From: Craspedostauros australis
Lineage: Eukaryota
Reading direction: 5' to 3'
DNA length: 64,000 nt
Assembly (NCBI GenBank): GCA_030167865.1
Contig: JALAGF010003145.1
Span: 62,001 to 126,000, forward strand
Positions within the stretch are counted from its first letter, which is position 1; each line of letters starts with the position of its first letter. Shown here in pieces: positions 1 to 11,515 of the stretch. The notes beneath the pieces were generated by a model that was not told the origin of the DNA, made no database searches, and was given only the letters and a program-made list of their open reading frames with translations. Both the position numbers and the translations under genes were made by a program.

Positions 1-50
1 GTTGCATTCATCAGTGCAATCGTCACAACTAACCATACGGCGCAACTCAC

Positions 51-2810
51 CATTCCAAACTGTGAGGCAAGAACGTTGTGATGCATTGGGTGGTAATGAA
101 ATGATGTGGTGAAATGCATTAGGTTGCAGAAACATGGAGACACAGAGGTGGAGTCGGAGCATTCAATGTGAGAATACGAAACGCAAGGTATACACAGGGC
201 TGCAATAAACGACCATTTTCATCAAAACTTGGAGATGCATCAGTCCAATGCAGTATGAGTACTCACCCCACAGATTCGCCGCATACTTGTCACCCGCGAG
301 AATTGGGCATGCCCCATGCAAGGATGAGTCATCGAGCTGTCCATTGGGATGCTGCGAGTAGAAGAGGACTGCACGCGACGAATGAGGTCGGATAGACAGC
401 TTTGTTCGGCACGTCACAGTCTGCAAAGACGAAGTTGTATGTCGCGATTGGAGCATTGGATAGAGGTGGAGCGCGAGTGTACGTATGTCAGCGCATGAAT
501 GAGTGGATGAGCAAGCGGGTGGATGAGCGAACACGGTTGCCTCTTCTCGATCACAGTGGTTGGCGTCTTGCATTGTGCGAATCAGCGAACAGCCCAGGAA
601 TTCATCACCCGAATGCGCTCCTGTCTTCACAGCAGTTGTTGCTTCACAAACGGTGGATCGCAGAGCCTGTGAGCATTCCATCTCCCCGGCTTCTCTTCCT
701 TCCATTTGGCACACACAAAACGTACCAGGTCTTCTTCCCACGAACCTCGTCGAAGAACGGCGCCCTTCTCAGATGATCTCAGTTGTGCCAGAGCCTGCAA
801 CAATGAGCATAAATAGAGATGGAAGGGATGTGAGTTGTTTTGATGTACTCTATCGATCGTAGCATAGATCGGAGGATGATTGCATCGACTGGCGGGCACT
901 GTGGACTTCTAGCGCCGGAGCACAGTGTACAACAGTGATGCGCAGGACACATGATGCTCTATCGACTTGCAAATCAATGCGCAGCAATATCATGCAAAAA
1001 CAACGAAAGGTGAGCCACTTCTATCCATGGACTCTGAAAACTCACCTCTGCTCTGTTCAATGGTGCATCGACATCGATGGAATCTGCGTTTGTAAAGACA
1101 GTCTCTCCGCCATCATTCTCGCCAAGGTCGGTCATGTACAGAAGGATAGTTGCAAAGCGGTTGGATCCCTTTCCGGAAGAATCGAAATCGTGATCCAATT
1201 GAAAGTCCTGTGGAACGAAGTTATTTTCGAATGAGACGAACGTAAATCAAGAAAGTGAGTACGTACAAGTCGGCATGATGTATTACAGTACGCATGCACG
1301 CACCTGGCTCAGGCACAGCCATCCATTGCAATACCAATGCACTCACCTTATCCTCCATGTAATCCAGGTGGGAATTGTACGCTTTAGTCTTGTTGTATCT
1401 GAGGATCTGCAATCCATCCGCGTGGCTCGCGATGTACGAATCATACCCCAGAGCCGAGAAACAGCGTCTGAGAGTGGAATGAGGTGCCCATAAAGCAAAG
1501 TATCAGTGAATGAATGAATGAATGAATGGGCGGGCGCATGTGATGATGTGTGTACGAGAGTGCAAACAGTGGGCAAACGAGAGCCAACACGCACAATTGC
1601 TGTGACGTATGGCATCACACCACACGATGCAATCTCTAATCCGGTGTATTTCAAGATATCATAACGACAGTGATGATCATCATGATCATTTTGAATGCGC
1701 TGAAACGTACCTCTTGACTTTCATCGACGTGACTCCGTCAGTATCGTATCCACTCTCCGATGTGCGCTTTGAGTTGAGATTGTACCCTGACGCGCCGGTA
1801 GAACTTCTCTTGATGCGATGGCTCTCCTTGGTTTCTGCTATGGCCTGCTGGACCAGATCCGAACTCTCGTCTCTGGAAAAGAAGTTGAAGACATCGAACA
1901 GGCGCGGCTCAAGGCTGAGGACCTTGAGGTAGATATTCTTGCCCTCCGATCCTTCCACGTGATTGAGATTGAATATTTCTCCCACGAACTTTGGAGCGTA
2001 CATGAACGGACGGCCAGCAGGCACTGCGTAGAAATGCGCAGCCGGGAGCAGATTGGGCTCCTGCTGGAAGGTCCTCATGATCTCCTGAAAGTTGCTCATC
2101 CTCTTGCCCTCTCTCCTGTGGAAGTGGCACGGCAAGAATTTCACATTATCGTCGTTGGGGTCAACGTTCGGAACGAGGTAATCATGATCGAAGAGGACTG
2201 TCGTTTTGTCCGGTCCCATGTCGCAGTATCCAAGGAAGCCGTTCTGCACAACGCCATCGGTCTCAACAGAGGAGCAGGTCAAAACGGCCCTGTGCACCAT
2301 CAGCGTGACCATGGCATCGGTTTGGAACTTGTCCATGACCGTTGGGCATCCGATGCGCTGGGACAGCGTCCAGTAGGCCTCCCACAAGGCATCGATCACA
2401 TCAACGTCGGCTGTGCCGCAGGGATCGGGATCTCCGTTGCGATGGATGTGGATGGTGAGCTCCTTGCTGAAAGTTGCCACGTCGATCCCGATCGACCTGA
2501 ACTGCGCGTCGAAGCGGGATCTGCAAGTCGCCTCGTTGGGTCCGACGGTGATGCGGTTTTTCTCCTCCAGCTTTCGATCTCCAGCGACGGCGGCTTTAGC
2601 GGAAGGGCTGCTCTGCTGCTGAGATCGCGGCGTGTTCTGTCCGAAGATCATGCCCTTGAAGGACGGGACAGACAGAGCCGCGATTGCCAGCAAGCATGGG
2701 ACTGCCACCCACATAACCATGAAGCCCATGGGAGTCTTCGGCTCCGGCTTGGTTTCCTCATTGCTGCTGCGCTTCGGCTTGGTCTTCTTGCTCTTCTTGT
2801 TGGACGCCAT
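51..2810 (-). CDS. Prolyl 4-hydroxylase-like 2OG-Fe(II) dioxygenase with N-terminal membrane anchor; 3' end lies outside the window
   Basis: Reconstructed exons: 2810-1711, 1467-1347, 1207-1046, 794-726, 420-267, 59-51. All junctions are GT-AG and in frame. The joined protein has P4H motifs VLSLEPRLFDVFNF, RTSE, LQILRY..AYNSHLDY (HxD), NRFATILLYM, GGETVF, AVLFYSQ, SLHGACP (distal His) and KYAANLWVWN (2OG-binding Lys). Hydrophobic segment FMVMWVAVPCLLAIAAL near the N-terminus. Confidence 0.9.
1507..1528. repeat. (TGAA)n microsatellite in P4H intron
   Basis: tgaatgaatgaatgaatgaatg read directly. Confidence 0.9.
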
Positions 2811-3355
2811 GGTGGTGTGTTTGAGGACGGCGTGAGCAATGCCAGTACGGATACTCGTATGTGCCACACTCTTGGAAATGGATCTTCTGCAGGTGGGCAC
2901 GGGTTATTGCTGGATGGGGCGATGCCAACAACTCGACACTCGACACTCGCAGTTGTATTCTCGCTGGAGCACTTCCACCTCCTGTTTCGGGTCGATGTGC
3001 ACAACGTGTGCCACTGGATTGGTCATCTTCTCCAAGTGCGAAAACGTGGAGTTTCCAAGAGAGAGGCGAACTTCGCTTGTTGTGTTCGCACTTTCGCTGT
3101 TCTCCAACCGTTCCCACGACTCAATACCTCACAGACGAGGTCATTCACGAATACTGTTCGATGTGCTGGAAACGTCGATGGAGGTTGAAAGACGTTATTA
3201 TTACGCTCCCCAATCCACAACCACAAAACAAATCCATCCTGTTCGCCATCTCTTCAACAAGAGACGATTCTCAATCTCATCACCCAAAACGCACAATTGT
3301 CCACGCTGCAAGTACTCGCACCATACACCGCACGTCCGAAGGAGGCAACACAGGG

Positions 3356-4324
3356 ATGCGAGTATCAAGTGGCGCCTTCATGGCTGCATTCGCAGTATGC
3401 ATCTTGCATGCCAATGGATTCACGGCGCCTGCGACAAGGGCCGTTCATGCCATGGGGATTGGAGCTGCCGGCCACGCCTCGCCCGCTCGATCTGGAACCG
3501 CGCTGGGCGTCTTCGACTTCATCAAGCGATTGACGGGAGAAGACGATGAGGTCATCAATGTGGACGATGCCACGGGTGTGCCATCCAGCATCCCGAAGTC
3601 TCCCAACGATCGCGACAGCCAAGCCATCCGATCCATCCAGGCTGCGATCGCCGACCCCAAAACCCCATCGTACCCGTTGATCGAGTGCGAATTCCCTCCG
3701 CTGGAGGCACTCAACAAGCTGGGCGACGGCAGCCTGCGCTCAGCCAACATGGTCGACGACGCCAACCTGGCGTTCTGCAAGAAGCTTGCGCAAGCGCTTT
3801 CGCCCATGGCAAGTCTCAAGGGGCCGCAGGTGCGTGTTCTGATCAGCGGATCCGCATCGTCCTCGCTTCTTGACAAGGCGGGAAAGCAGCTGAGGAGCGC
3901 CTCTGTGACGAGCCTCCGCAATGGAATCCCCGAAGATGTGAATGATAAGGACGTGTGCATCCTTCTGGCCCCGTCCTCTCGCAAAGACTATCTGGCGGCG
4001 CAGCAGCTCGCCTCGGACGGCAAGGTCGTTGTCCTCATCAACGGCTTCGCGAAGGACCAAAAGTCAGTCAGCAGCCGCGCCACCTTCGGGTACTTCCTGA
4101 AACCACTGACGTACAACTCGCAGGTGGTGGGATATCTCGTGCGGACGTACCCCAACGACTGGTCCGTGGTGGACGTCGTGTCGAAGGAGACCCTCAAGAT
4201 GACCGGCGATTCTCAGATCCTGTACCGCAACACCAACACTCCGGATCTGCGCGAACCCGGCAAGCTTATTCAGAAGTCGGTCGATGAGCGGGCCATTCAG
4301 GCGCGCAAGAACAGCAATAGATGA
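3356..4324 (+). CDS. Plastid-targeted DUF1995-family protein
   Basis: Start MRVSSGAFMAAFAVCILHANG^FTAP (signal peptide plus Phe). The IECEFPPL motif, VVLING and the C-terminal GYLVRTYPNDW resemble DUF1995 proteins. Single ORF with coding-like codon bias. Confidence 0.7.
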   Translation: MRVSSGAFMAAFAVCILHANGFTAPATRAVHAMGIGAAGHASPARSGTALGVFDFIKRLTGEDDEVINVDDATGVPSSIPKSPNDRDSQAIRSIQAAIADPKTPSYPLIECEFPPLEALNKLGDGSLRSANMVDDANLAFCKKLAQALSPMASLKGPQVRVLISGSASSSLLDKAGKQLRSASVTSLRNGIPEDVNDKDVCILLAPSSRKDYLAAQQLASDGKVVVLINGFAKDQKSVSSRATFGYFLKPLTYNSQVVGYLVRTYPNDWSVVDVVSKETLKMTGDSQILYRNTNTPDLREPGKLIQKSVDERAIQARKNSNR

Positions 4325-4617
4325 TGTTGAATCTATTGGAAGAGAATAGAATGGTGCAAAGCTTGGGTTGCTGTTCCATCATGTAATGCGTTGCAGATTT
4401 GGATTGGTACGTACGTTCATGAAAGTGCGTACTTGAGTCCCGTGTGCTTCTAGTCGTGTTTGACAATGACGGAATCAAGATACTCGTTTTGTCCTGTGCG
4501 AGCGTGACGGATTGGCTCTGTGCCACTTCGCATCACATCAGATTGGCAGTTCGGCTCTCCTCCATCCACACATTGACAGCACCCAGAGCAAAGGCAACAG
4601 CAACTGCATGGTCCAGA

Positions 4618-6246
4618 ATGGAGATCGACGGAGACGAGGACGCTGCAGGACGCCGCCGCGGAGCAGATAACGAAGGACAGTTCGATGGTCCCAAGAAGCG
4701 ATCCCGCACATCAATGGATGGGGGTATCGATTCAGCTGCAACGATGTCCACGATGGGAGCGTCGGCTGGGGCGCATAGTCATAGCAATAGCAATAGCAAC
4801 AATGACCACAGCATCGGTATGGATATGAATATGGCTATGGGTACTGGGCCCAGTGCGAGTACTAGCACTGATATGCTGGACGATGTGAGGCGAGGACATG
4901 TGAATGATGCAACAAAGCTGTCATGGTTGACTGGGAACTTCAGCAACCGACAATGGGACGCGACGAACAACGATGGTCGTCAGCACCGAAATCAACAAGA
5001 TCAACAACCGCAAGACCAGGAGACTCCATCCAGCGCGTTAAAGTCGCTGGAGCAGCAGCTGGTGCAAGTGAAGCGAAGGTTGTGGCCTGCTGCGGTCGCC
5101 TGCGTGGAGGCTCCCAATGGTGCGACCGGCACGAATGCGAGTGCGGTCTTCGCCGAGGCACGGCGTCGGTGCAACCCGTTGGAGATCCTGGGCGAGGGAC
5201 GCGGAGGTGGGTTGAATCAGATGTTCATGAACCGCTCAGCGATCAAGCTTGCCAACGTCGACGCCCTGCTGGGATTCACGTTGCTCAGCCACTGCGTGCA
5301 GCATCAGGATCCGCAGCACAGTATCCCTGCATTCCTATTTGTAGATTTGTGTGGTGCTCCGGGAGGGTTCAGTGAGTACATCATGAGACGATTCCTATCG
5401 CGTCCCATGCATTCCTCGGCCGGGACCCGCATGCTGGCATGCCGCGGGTACGGCATGTCCCTCCTCGGACGCAACGAGCATGGAAACGGTCTGCAATGGA
5501 AGCTCCATGACACCAACGAGATCATTCATGGCTACCACACCAGGTATCATGTTTGCGATGGCCACGACGGCACGGGTGACATCTACAGGTGGGACAACGT
5601 GGAGCGCTTGCGTGCCGACATTCGAGACGACCTGAAGCAGTGCGGACTGCCACACTCTGACGACGGTGTGCACCTGGTCGTGGCAGACGGCGGTTTTGAT
5701 GCGCAACGAAATTCCGAAATCCAAGAACAGATCTCCCAGAAGCTCGTCCTGTGCGAGGTCGCCGCGGCCATGTCGTTGCTGCGCAAGGGCGGCACGATGG
5801 TGGTGAAGATGTCCGGCTTCCAAACGGATTTGGTCAAGTTCATGATGATGCACCTCAAGCACATGTTTGGTGAGATCGTCGTGCTGAAGCCCGTGACTTC
5901 TCGGCCGGCCTCGGCAGAACGTTACGTGGCTTGTCGCGACTTTCACGGCGTTGCGAACAACTGGAATGGCCAGGATTGGTTGAACCAGATGTTCTCGGGA
6001 GGTTTGCAAGGACAGATCATCCCCGATCCCATGCTGGAGACCTTCGATCGGGACCTGCTGACGTTGAATCTGAAGGCATGCTTTTCGATACTGTCCATAA
6101 TGGAGAACAGGAAGAACGCGCAACAGAATGCGCAGCAGAACACGATGGAAGCGTCCGATGCCGTGGAGGGACATCAGATCGACTTTACGGAGGAACTACC
6201 CACAGTGAATACGAACCTCTACGCCCGTGCGTTGGGATTGATATGA
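4618..6246 (+). CDS. CMTR1: Cap-specific mRNA 2'-O-methyltransferase (CMTR1-like, FtsJ/RrmJ fold)
   Basis: Motifs NPLE, FMNRSAIKLANVD, FVDLCGAPGGFSEY (SAM binding), DGTGDI, VADGGFD, VVKM and KPVTSRPASAERY give the K-D-K-E tetrad. Intronless. Start taken at MEIDG (4618). Confidence 0.88.
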   Translation: MEIDGDEDAAGRRRGADNEGQFDGPKKRSRTSMDGGIDSAATMSTMGASAGAHSHSNSNSNNDHSIGMDMNMAMGTGPSASTSTDMLDDVRRGHVNDATKLSWLTGNFSNRQWDATNNDGRQHRNQQDQQPQDQETPSSALKSLEQQLVQVKRRLWPAAVACVEAPNGATGTNASAVFAEARRRCNPLEILGEGRGGGLNQMFMNRSAIKLANVDALLGFTLLSHCVQHQDPQHSIPAFLFVDLCGAPGGFSEYIMRRFLSRPMHSSAGTRMLACRGYGMSLLGRNEHGNGLQWKLHDTNEIIHGYHTRYHVCDGHDGTGDIYRWDNVERLRADIRDDLKQCGLPHSDDGVHLVVADGGFDAQRNSEIQEQISQKLVLCEVAAAMSLLRKGGTMVVKMSGFQTDLVKFMMMHLKHMFGEIVVLKPVTSRPASAERYVACRDFHGVANNWNGQDWLNQMFSGGLQGQIIPDPMLETFDRDLLTLNLKACFSILSIMENRKNAQQNAQQNTMEASDAVEGHQIDFTEELPTVNTNLYARALGLI

Positions 6247-6399
6247 TCTTCGTGAGCATCGTTGTCGTTTGTCGGCTGATGCATTTCAATAGCAACGCAA
6301 CGGATGAATGCGTAGAATCTGTAACACTGCAGAGTACGTCCGTGAACAATACTACGTGCAACAGTACGTGCTACTCGCACACTAGTGTTAATTGATAGC

Positions 6400-7803
6400 T
6401 TAGCAGTCGTGCGTTGCAGCACTTGACGTGCTCGCCTCTTCCACATGCGTGTCCAGCCCAGTGTCCGACGTCGCACCCTCCTGATGCAGAAGCTCCTGCG
6501 AACGAGCGTGGGCATGGTCGTGGTACTTCTGCGAGATCTCGCGCTCCGCGCACTGCCGAACCTGCTGCTTCGTGTTGCCCATGACCAGCAGGCAGTACGC
6601 ATCCATGCTGAGATGGTTGGTCCTGTCCTGTTGGAACGGACTCTCCACCTCCTGTGCTGCGCCCTCCAATCCGAACAGGGCAAACCCAGTGAGGCACGTG
6701 ATGGGGATGGTCGCATATCCCAACGTACCCACCCACACGTAGGGCATGGCCAGGATGAAGCAGATCAGAAATGTCCTCATGTGCGACACATACACGAGAG
6801 GCAACGGCGTTGCACGGATGCGCTCCAACGCACCCATCTGCAGAATGAGACCATTCAGCAACTCATCGTGCGTTTGCAGATGCTGCATGCGTTCGTGCGC
6901 GATGGGCAACGGCGTGTTGGCATCCACCAGGAAGGCCAGCTTGAGCAGCCACCGGAGTTTGTCCGCCGCGTACAATCCCGGGTGAGACGCGTTGCTCAAC
7001 TCTTGCACATCACCTTCATTCAAGATGCCGATGAGCATGTCGGGATGGATCGATGGCTTCGATCGGATGAATTGCATCGTCGCCACGGAGAATGCGATGA
7101 TCCAGCGCACGATGTCGTCGCGGACGATCGTATCGTGTGCGCCATGTACCAGAATGTCGCTGATCATGCTTCGGGAGTACGCGACGATGGCACCCCAGCT
7201 CGCCCTGGCATCCCAGAACCGTTCCGCCGACCGGTTCAAACGAAACACCAGCAAGAATGCCAATGACGAGTTCAGCACCAGCGAAAAGAAGGTCTCGTAG
7301 CTGGAGAGATCCACTTGGGATGTGTCCGAGAATACCTCTTCCGTCAGAACGGTCCAAATGATGGCATTCACTGTCGTGATCATCCACGGCACGATGAATC
7401 GATCCAGCGCCCTGCCTTCCCACACGAGGAGGGTTTGGAACCAGCCGTCATTGCTCTTGCGGTAGAATATCTGCTTCTTGCCGTTCTCTTCCAACATGGC
7501 CGTCCGCGTGGATTCATGCCGCATCATGCCCAGAAGCAACGGGTAGTCATGATACCGGACCTCCAGCTGCGCTGCTTCCGCGCTGTTTTGAGCGGAACCT
7601 CCCGCCGTCGAAACCGACTTCCACCCTCCTCGGATCATGGCGTGGGAGGACCGCCTTGACATGGACGAAAGTGCTTGCCTTTCCATGTCGGTCGGTGTCG
7701 TCAAGCCACTGCCATCGCCATTGCTCCTGTGGACGGCATGGGTGGGAGCCGTACTGTTGCTGCCATGGTTCATGTTCCTTCTGATGTGAGGCTGACTCTG
7801 CAT
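6400..7803 (-). CDS. Bestrophin-like (UPF0187/YneE-type) anion channel, copy 1, intronless
   Basis: Motifs LAFLLVFRLNRSAERFWDAR, ERIRATPLPLVYVSHMRTFL and GLEGAAQEVESPF..NHL. Start codon uncertain (MQSQP at 7803). The upstream ORF extension runs through a microsatellite. Confidence 0.88.
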   Translation of the reverse strand: MQSQPHIRRNMNHGSNSTAPTHAVHRSNGDGSGLTTPTDMERQALSSMSRRSSHAMIRGGWKSVSTAGGSAQNSAEAAQLEVRYHDYPLLLGMMRHESTRTAMLEENGKKQIFYRKSNDGWFQTLLVWEGRALDRFIVPWMITTVNAIIWTVLTEEVFSDTSQVDLSSYETFFSLVLNSSLAFLLVFRLNRSAERFWDARASWGAIVAYSRSMISDILVHGAHDTIVRDDIVRWIIAFSVATMQFIRSKPSIHPDMLIGILNEGDVQELSNASHPGLYAADKLRWLLKLAFLVDANTPLPIAHERMQHLQTHDELLNGLILQMGALERIRATPLPLVYVSHMRTFLICFILAMPYVWVGTLGYATIPITCLTGFALFGLEGAAQEVESPFQQDRTNHLSMDAYCLLVMGNTKQQVRQCAEREISQKYHDHAHARSQELLHQEGATSDTGLDTHVEEASTSSAATHDC

Positions 7804-7894
7804 TCTCTTGTGTTCCTTCGTGTGATTCTTCGATCTTGCCGCTATCGTCGTCGTCTCTCTTGGCGCGGGTGCTTTGTGCAGATGAAATGTCACA

Positions 7895-7985
7895 ATTGAT
7901 TGATTGATTGATTGATTGATCGATCGATTGATTGGTTGGTTGGTTGATGGGCGTGTTTGCGCATTGATGGATGGATGGATGGATG
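7895..7985. repeat. Compound (ATTG)n/(GTTG)n/(GATG)n microsatellite
   Basis: attgattgattg...ggttggttgg...gatggatggatgg read directly. Confidence 0.9.
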
Positions 7986-8595
7986 CAGCGCTTGGTACGG
8001 ATGCCATGCGATCCAGACGAGCATGCGAGGGATGGGGCAAGATGAGTGATGGGGACACGATTGGTGACAGAAAATGATGATTTCTGGCGCGAGAATGTCT
8101 GAAGGGACAAAAAAGGAGGACTGAGTTGGAGTCCATTTGATCGGGGAATCATCATGACTCGACATGATTTGAGTCATGATTTGAAATGAACACATTGAAC
8201 AACAAAGATACGCCACGACGATCATCTCCGACGCCGCGGTGATGGAAGGACCGCAAAGCGGAAACACGCGCAACCGACCAACAGAGAGAGCAAGAAGCGA
8301 AAACAACACTGACGAAAAGCAACGCCATGACTCCGTGACTCGCGATTGGAGAGAAGGGTGACCGCAGCGGCAGTGCGAAGCGTGGGTGATGACGACGGTT
8401 TCCGCCAGCGTCTCCGTTCGTCGTCTTGTTTGCTCGTTTCGTTTGTGGTTGTTTGCCTCCTTCGCGGTGCGTGCCTTGTCTGCTCTGGCTGTCTGGATCG
8501 TCGCCTGTCTCCAGCAGTCCTCGCAGCCCAGCCCAGCTCGACCCATCTCAACCCATCTCAACACAACACAAACCCCACCAATCAGCCCAGCCACC

Positions 8596-9348
8596 ATGAA
8601 GACCGCCGCCTCCGCCACCGCTTTCGCCCTGATGGCCTCCAGCGCCATGGCCTTCGTGCCATCCTCCACCGAGTCCACCGGCTCCGCCTTGAAGGCCGGC
8701 ATGCCAGACCGCATGTGGGACAAGATGGTCGACAAGACCGAGCGCTCCGCCGCCATCCCGTTCCTGCCACGCCCAGCCAACCTCGATGGCTCCATGGCCG
8801 GCGACGTCGGCTTCGACCCATTCTACCTCTCCTCCATCCCAAAGAACTTCGCCGGATTCATCCAGCCACCGCAGTGGGAGGAGACCGAGGGCATCCCAAC
8901 CCTCTACTGGATGCGCGAGGCCGAGCTCAAGCACTCCCGCGTCGCCATGCTGGCCTGGTTCGGATGGCTCGCGACCGACGGCGCCTTCGGAATCACCCTG
9001 CGATTCCCAGGCAGCATCTACTCCACCGACGCCATCCCAAATGCCTACAACGCCCACAACATCCTCACCGAGCAGGGCTCCATGGGATTCCTTCTCCTCG
9101 CCGTCGCATTCGTCGAGTTCTGCTCCAGCGCAGCCCTCGTCCAGGTCTCCAAGGGAGAGCTCGACCGCGAGGCCGGAGACTTCAACCTCGACCCGCTCAT
9201 GTTCCTCAAGGACAAGAGCCCAGAGGAGAAGAAGCGCATGCAGACACGTGAATTGCTGAATGGACGTCTCGCCATGCTTGCCTTCAGCGCCGTCGCCACC
9301 CAGACCGCCCTCAACGACGGTGCCTACCAGAACTTCCCATACTTCTAA
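8596..9348 (+). CDS. Light-harvesting chlorophyll a/c antenna protein (Lhcr/Lhcz-type)
   Basis: Presequence MKTAASATAFALMASSAMA^FVP. LHC motifs LDGSMAGDVGFDP, MREAELKHSRVAMLA, GDFNLDPL and RELLNGRLAMLAF. Strong C-ending codon bias. The SIPKNFAGFIQPP..IPTLYW loop looks Lhcz-like, but the subfamily is not certain. Confidence 0.95.
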   Translation: MKTAASATAFALMASSAMAFVPSSTESTGSALKAGMPDRMWDKMVDKTERSAAIPFLPRPANLDGSMAGDVGFDPFYLSSIPKNFAGFIQPPQWEETEGIPTLYWMREAELKHSRVAMLAWFGWLATDGAFGITLRFPGSIYSTDAIPNAYNAHNILTEQGSMGFLLLAVAFVEFCSSAALVQVSKGELDREAGDFNLDPLMFLKDKSPEEKKRMQTRELLNGRLAMLAFSAVATQTALNDGAYQNFPYF

Positions 9349-10735
9349 TTCCGCCCTGGTCCCAGATGGCCTTTTGCCACCCTCTTCCTTCCCTCCTTTC
9401 CTTTCTCTCACGTGCCGTTCCAATTCGGGGCATCACATGTCTCGGCTTGACCTGACCGGCACACGGGGTCCATCCAGTGCGTGCATTGGGCCTCGGAGAT
9501 GTGTCACATCATCATTAGCAGCAGCAGCAGAAGTATTAGCAACGAGAGGCGGGCGTTCGGCAACTGAGAATGTGTTCCAGACCGGATGAATGAAGACCAA
9601 CGTGTGTGATGGAACCAAGCAGAGCATGTAGAGTACAGCATAGGAATACCACACTTCCACAATACGTACGTACCCTGCACTGCTTGGCTTCAGAAATGCA
9701 CAAATGTCCCAGCAAGTCTGCATGCAAAGCAATAGCGGCGCACGAAGACATGAAGGGGCAGGTGAATGCCTGGGTCACATTTTAATACTCTACACCACAG
9801 ATACTATAATAAGATCAAACAGTTCATTTCACCAATCCGCATGTCTACCTATAATACATCGATCATCATCCATTCGATCGCCAATGCTCAGGTATCCTCC
9901 GGAGAGCACATTCTGTGGACAGCGCTCACTGAGAGAGGAAACACCAATGACTGGCGCCACCGTTGATGGGCTCACTCAATGGGGAGGTGAAGCATGTCTC
10001 CCAGCACAACATTCTAATCCAGCATATAATCCCATGCTTGCACTCTCATGTTAGACCACCATGGAGGAGAGTCGATGATGGAACACCTAACACATTCAAA
10101 ATCTGGCGGTACTCTAATAGTATGTGCGTACTCTACATCATCTCAACCTCCATAGAGGGTCTATCTGCAAGCATGGCGTTCTACATACGACTACGATTAC
10201 CCACAGATAACCAGACCTCGATCTTTGCTCTTTCGCATCACGCATCACGTATCTGAACGGTTCTTTGTGTTCGCTTGGTTCCGAATCACGGATAGCAATC
10301 CATTCACGGATTCGTTTTGATGGATGATGTCACCAGGTCAGAGAAACACGGATTGGCCAATCAGAACGGTGTATTCCGAAAGGCACCCGGAAGTTGTAGG
10401 TATTGGATCGCGTGATTGATGTGCTGAACAGGCAAATCTTGAGGTCCTCGCTGATGTTGGTTCGATGTTGTCAAGTCGTCCTTTTTTCTGTTTTCTCGTG
10501 ACACCATCGTCTGCACCACCACCGACATCAACGATGTTCAACGGGAGAGACATCGTGTCTGTCTTGCCGCAGTGTTGCACGTTGCGGTACAAGCCAACCC
10601 GAACGCGATGAGAGGAAAGCGATCGCAGCGACAGCAGCAACGTCAAGATCGGCAAACGACCCCATCAGTATCACAACTCGTCACGAAGTCCAGCACCAAC
10701 CGCACCACCGACAACCTCCCACCCCAACTATCACC

Positions 10736-11515
10736 ATGAAGACCTTCCAGCTCGTTACCCTCTTCGCCTTGATCGGCGCCTCCATGGCCTTCGCGCCAAA
10801 CCAGGCCGCCACCCAGAGTGAGTCTTCCTCCTTGCGAACCAAACGGGCGCCTTTTGCGATGCATTGCGCAGCGCTGATGGGCGTTGCCATCAGCAGGATG
10901 TGTTACCAGCAGCAGCCGTTGGCACCATCCGCACGAACAATGAATGAGCGGTCGATCAACATCCATGAGACTCGTCGCACGATCATTCGACGAAGATGTG
11001 GCGGTGGTTTGGACGCAGCATTGACACCATGATGTCCAGCACGTGTGATGGGTGACCGTCCAGTTGCGCTTGGTGTCAGTGCCAATTCGCGTATCTTTTT
11101 CATCGCTTGAATGTGCCGCGAATGGTGCACACAACTGTATCATGCGCTGTACCCATCCTATCCGGCTCAGCAATGAACTCACACACGCCCGCCATCATTC
11201 ACTATCCTCGCTTCATGATTGGTGACATCCACACAACCAATCCAACCGTTGTCCATCAACTTTGCAACATGACGTGCAGTGACCAAGGCCGCCTTCGCCG
11301 CTGCCCCAGCCGCCTTCGTTGCCGCCCCAGCCTTCGCTGTTGACTCCATCGTCGAGGCCCTCCCAACCACCTCCCTCGCCCTCGAGGTCCAGTTCGGTGC
11401 CTACTTGGCCGTCCTTTTGGGAACCTTCCTCCCATGCCTCTTCCTCATCAACCTTTTCATCTCCACCGAGACCCGAAAAGCCGGAGCCGAGGATGCCCTC
11501 AAGGACGACTTCTAA
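10736..11515 (+). CDS. psbM: Nucleus-encoded photosystem II subunit PsbM
   Basis: Exons 10736-10817 and 11280-11515 (donor A|gtgagt, acceptor tgcag|TG, phase 1). Protein MKTFQLVTLFALIGASMA^FAP...AAPAFA^VDS...LEVQFGAYLAVLLGTFLPCLFLINLFISTETRKAG matches the PsbM single-helix pattern. Confidence 0.85.

Noticed and set aside
1818-3188. 456-aa plus-strand ORF, and the many similar long antisense ORFs opposite LHC, the RNA polymerase, the GTPase and the transporters
   Set aside because: These are shadows of real genes. Strong codon bias depletes stops on the opposite strand, and they carry no recognisable motifs.
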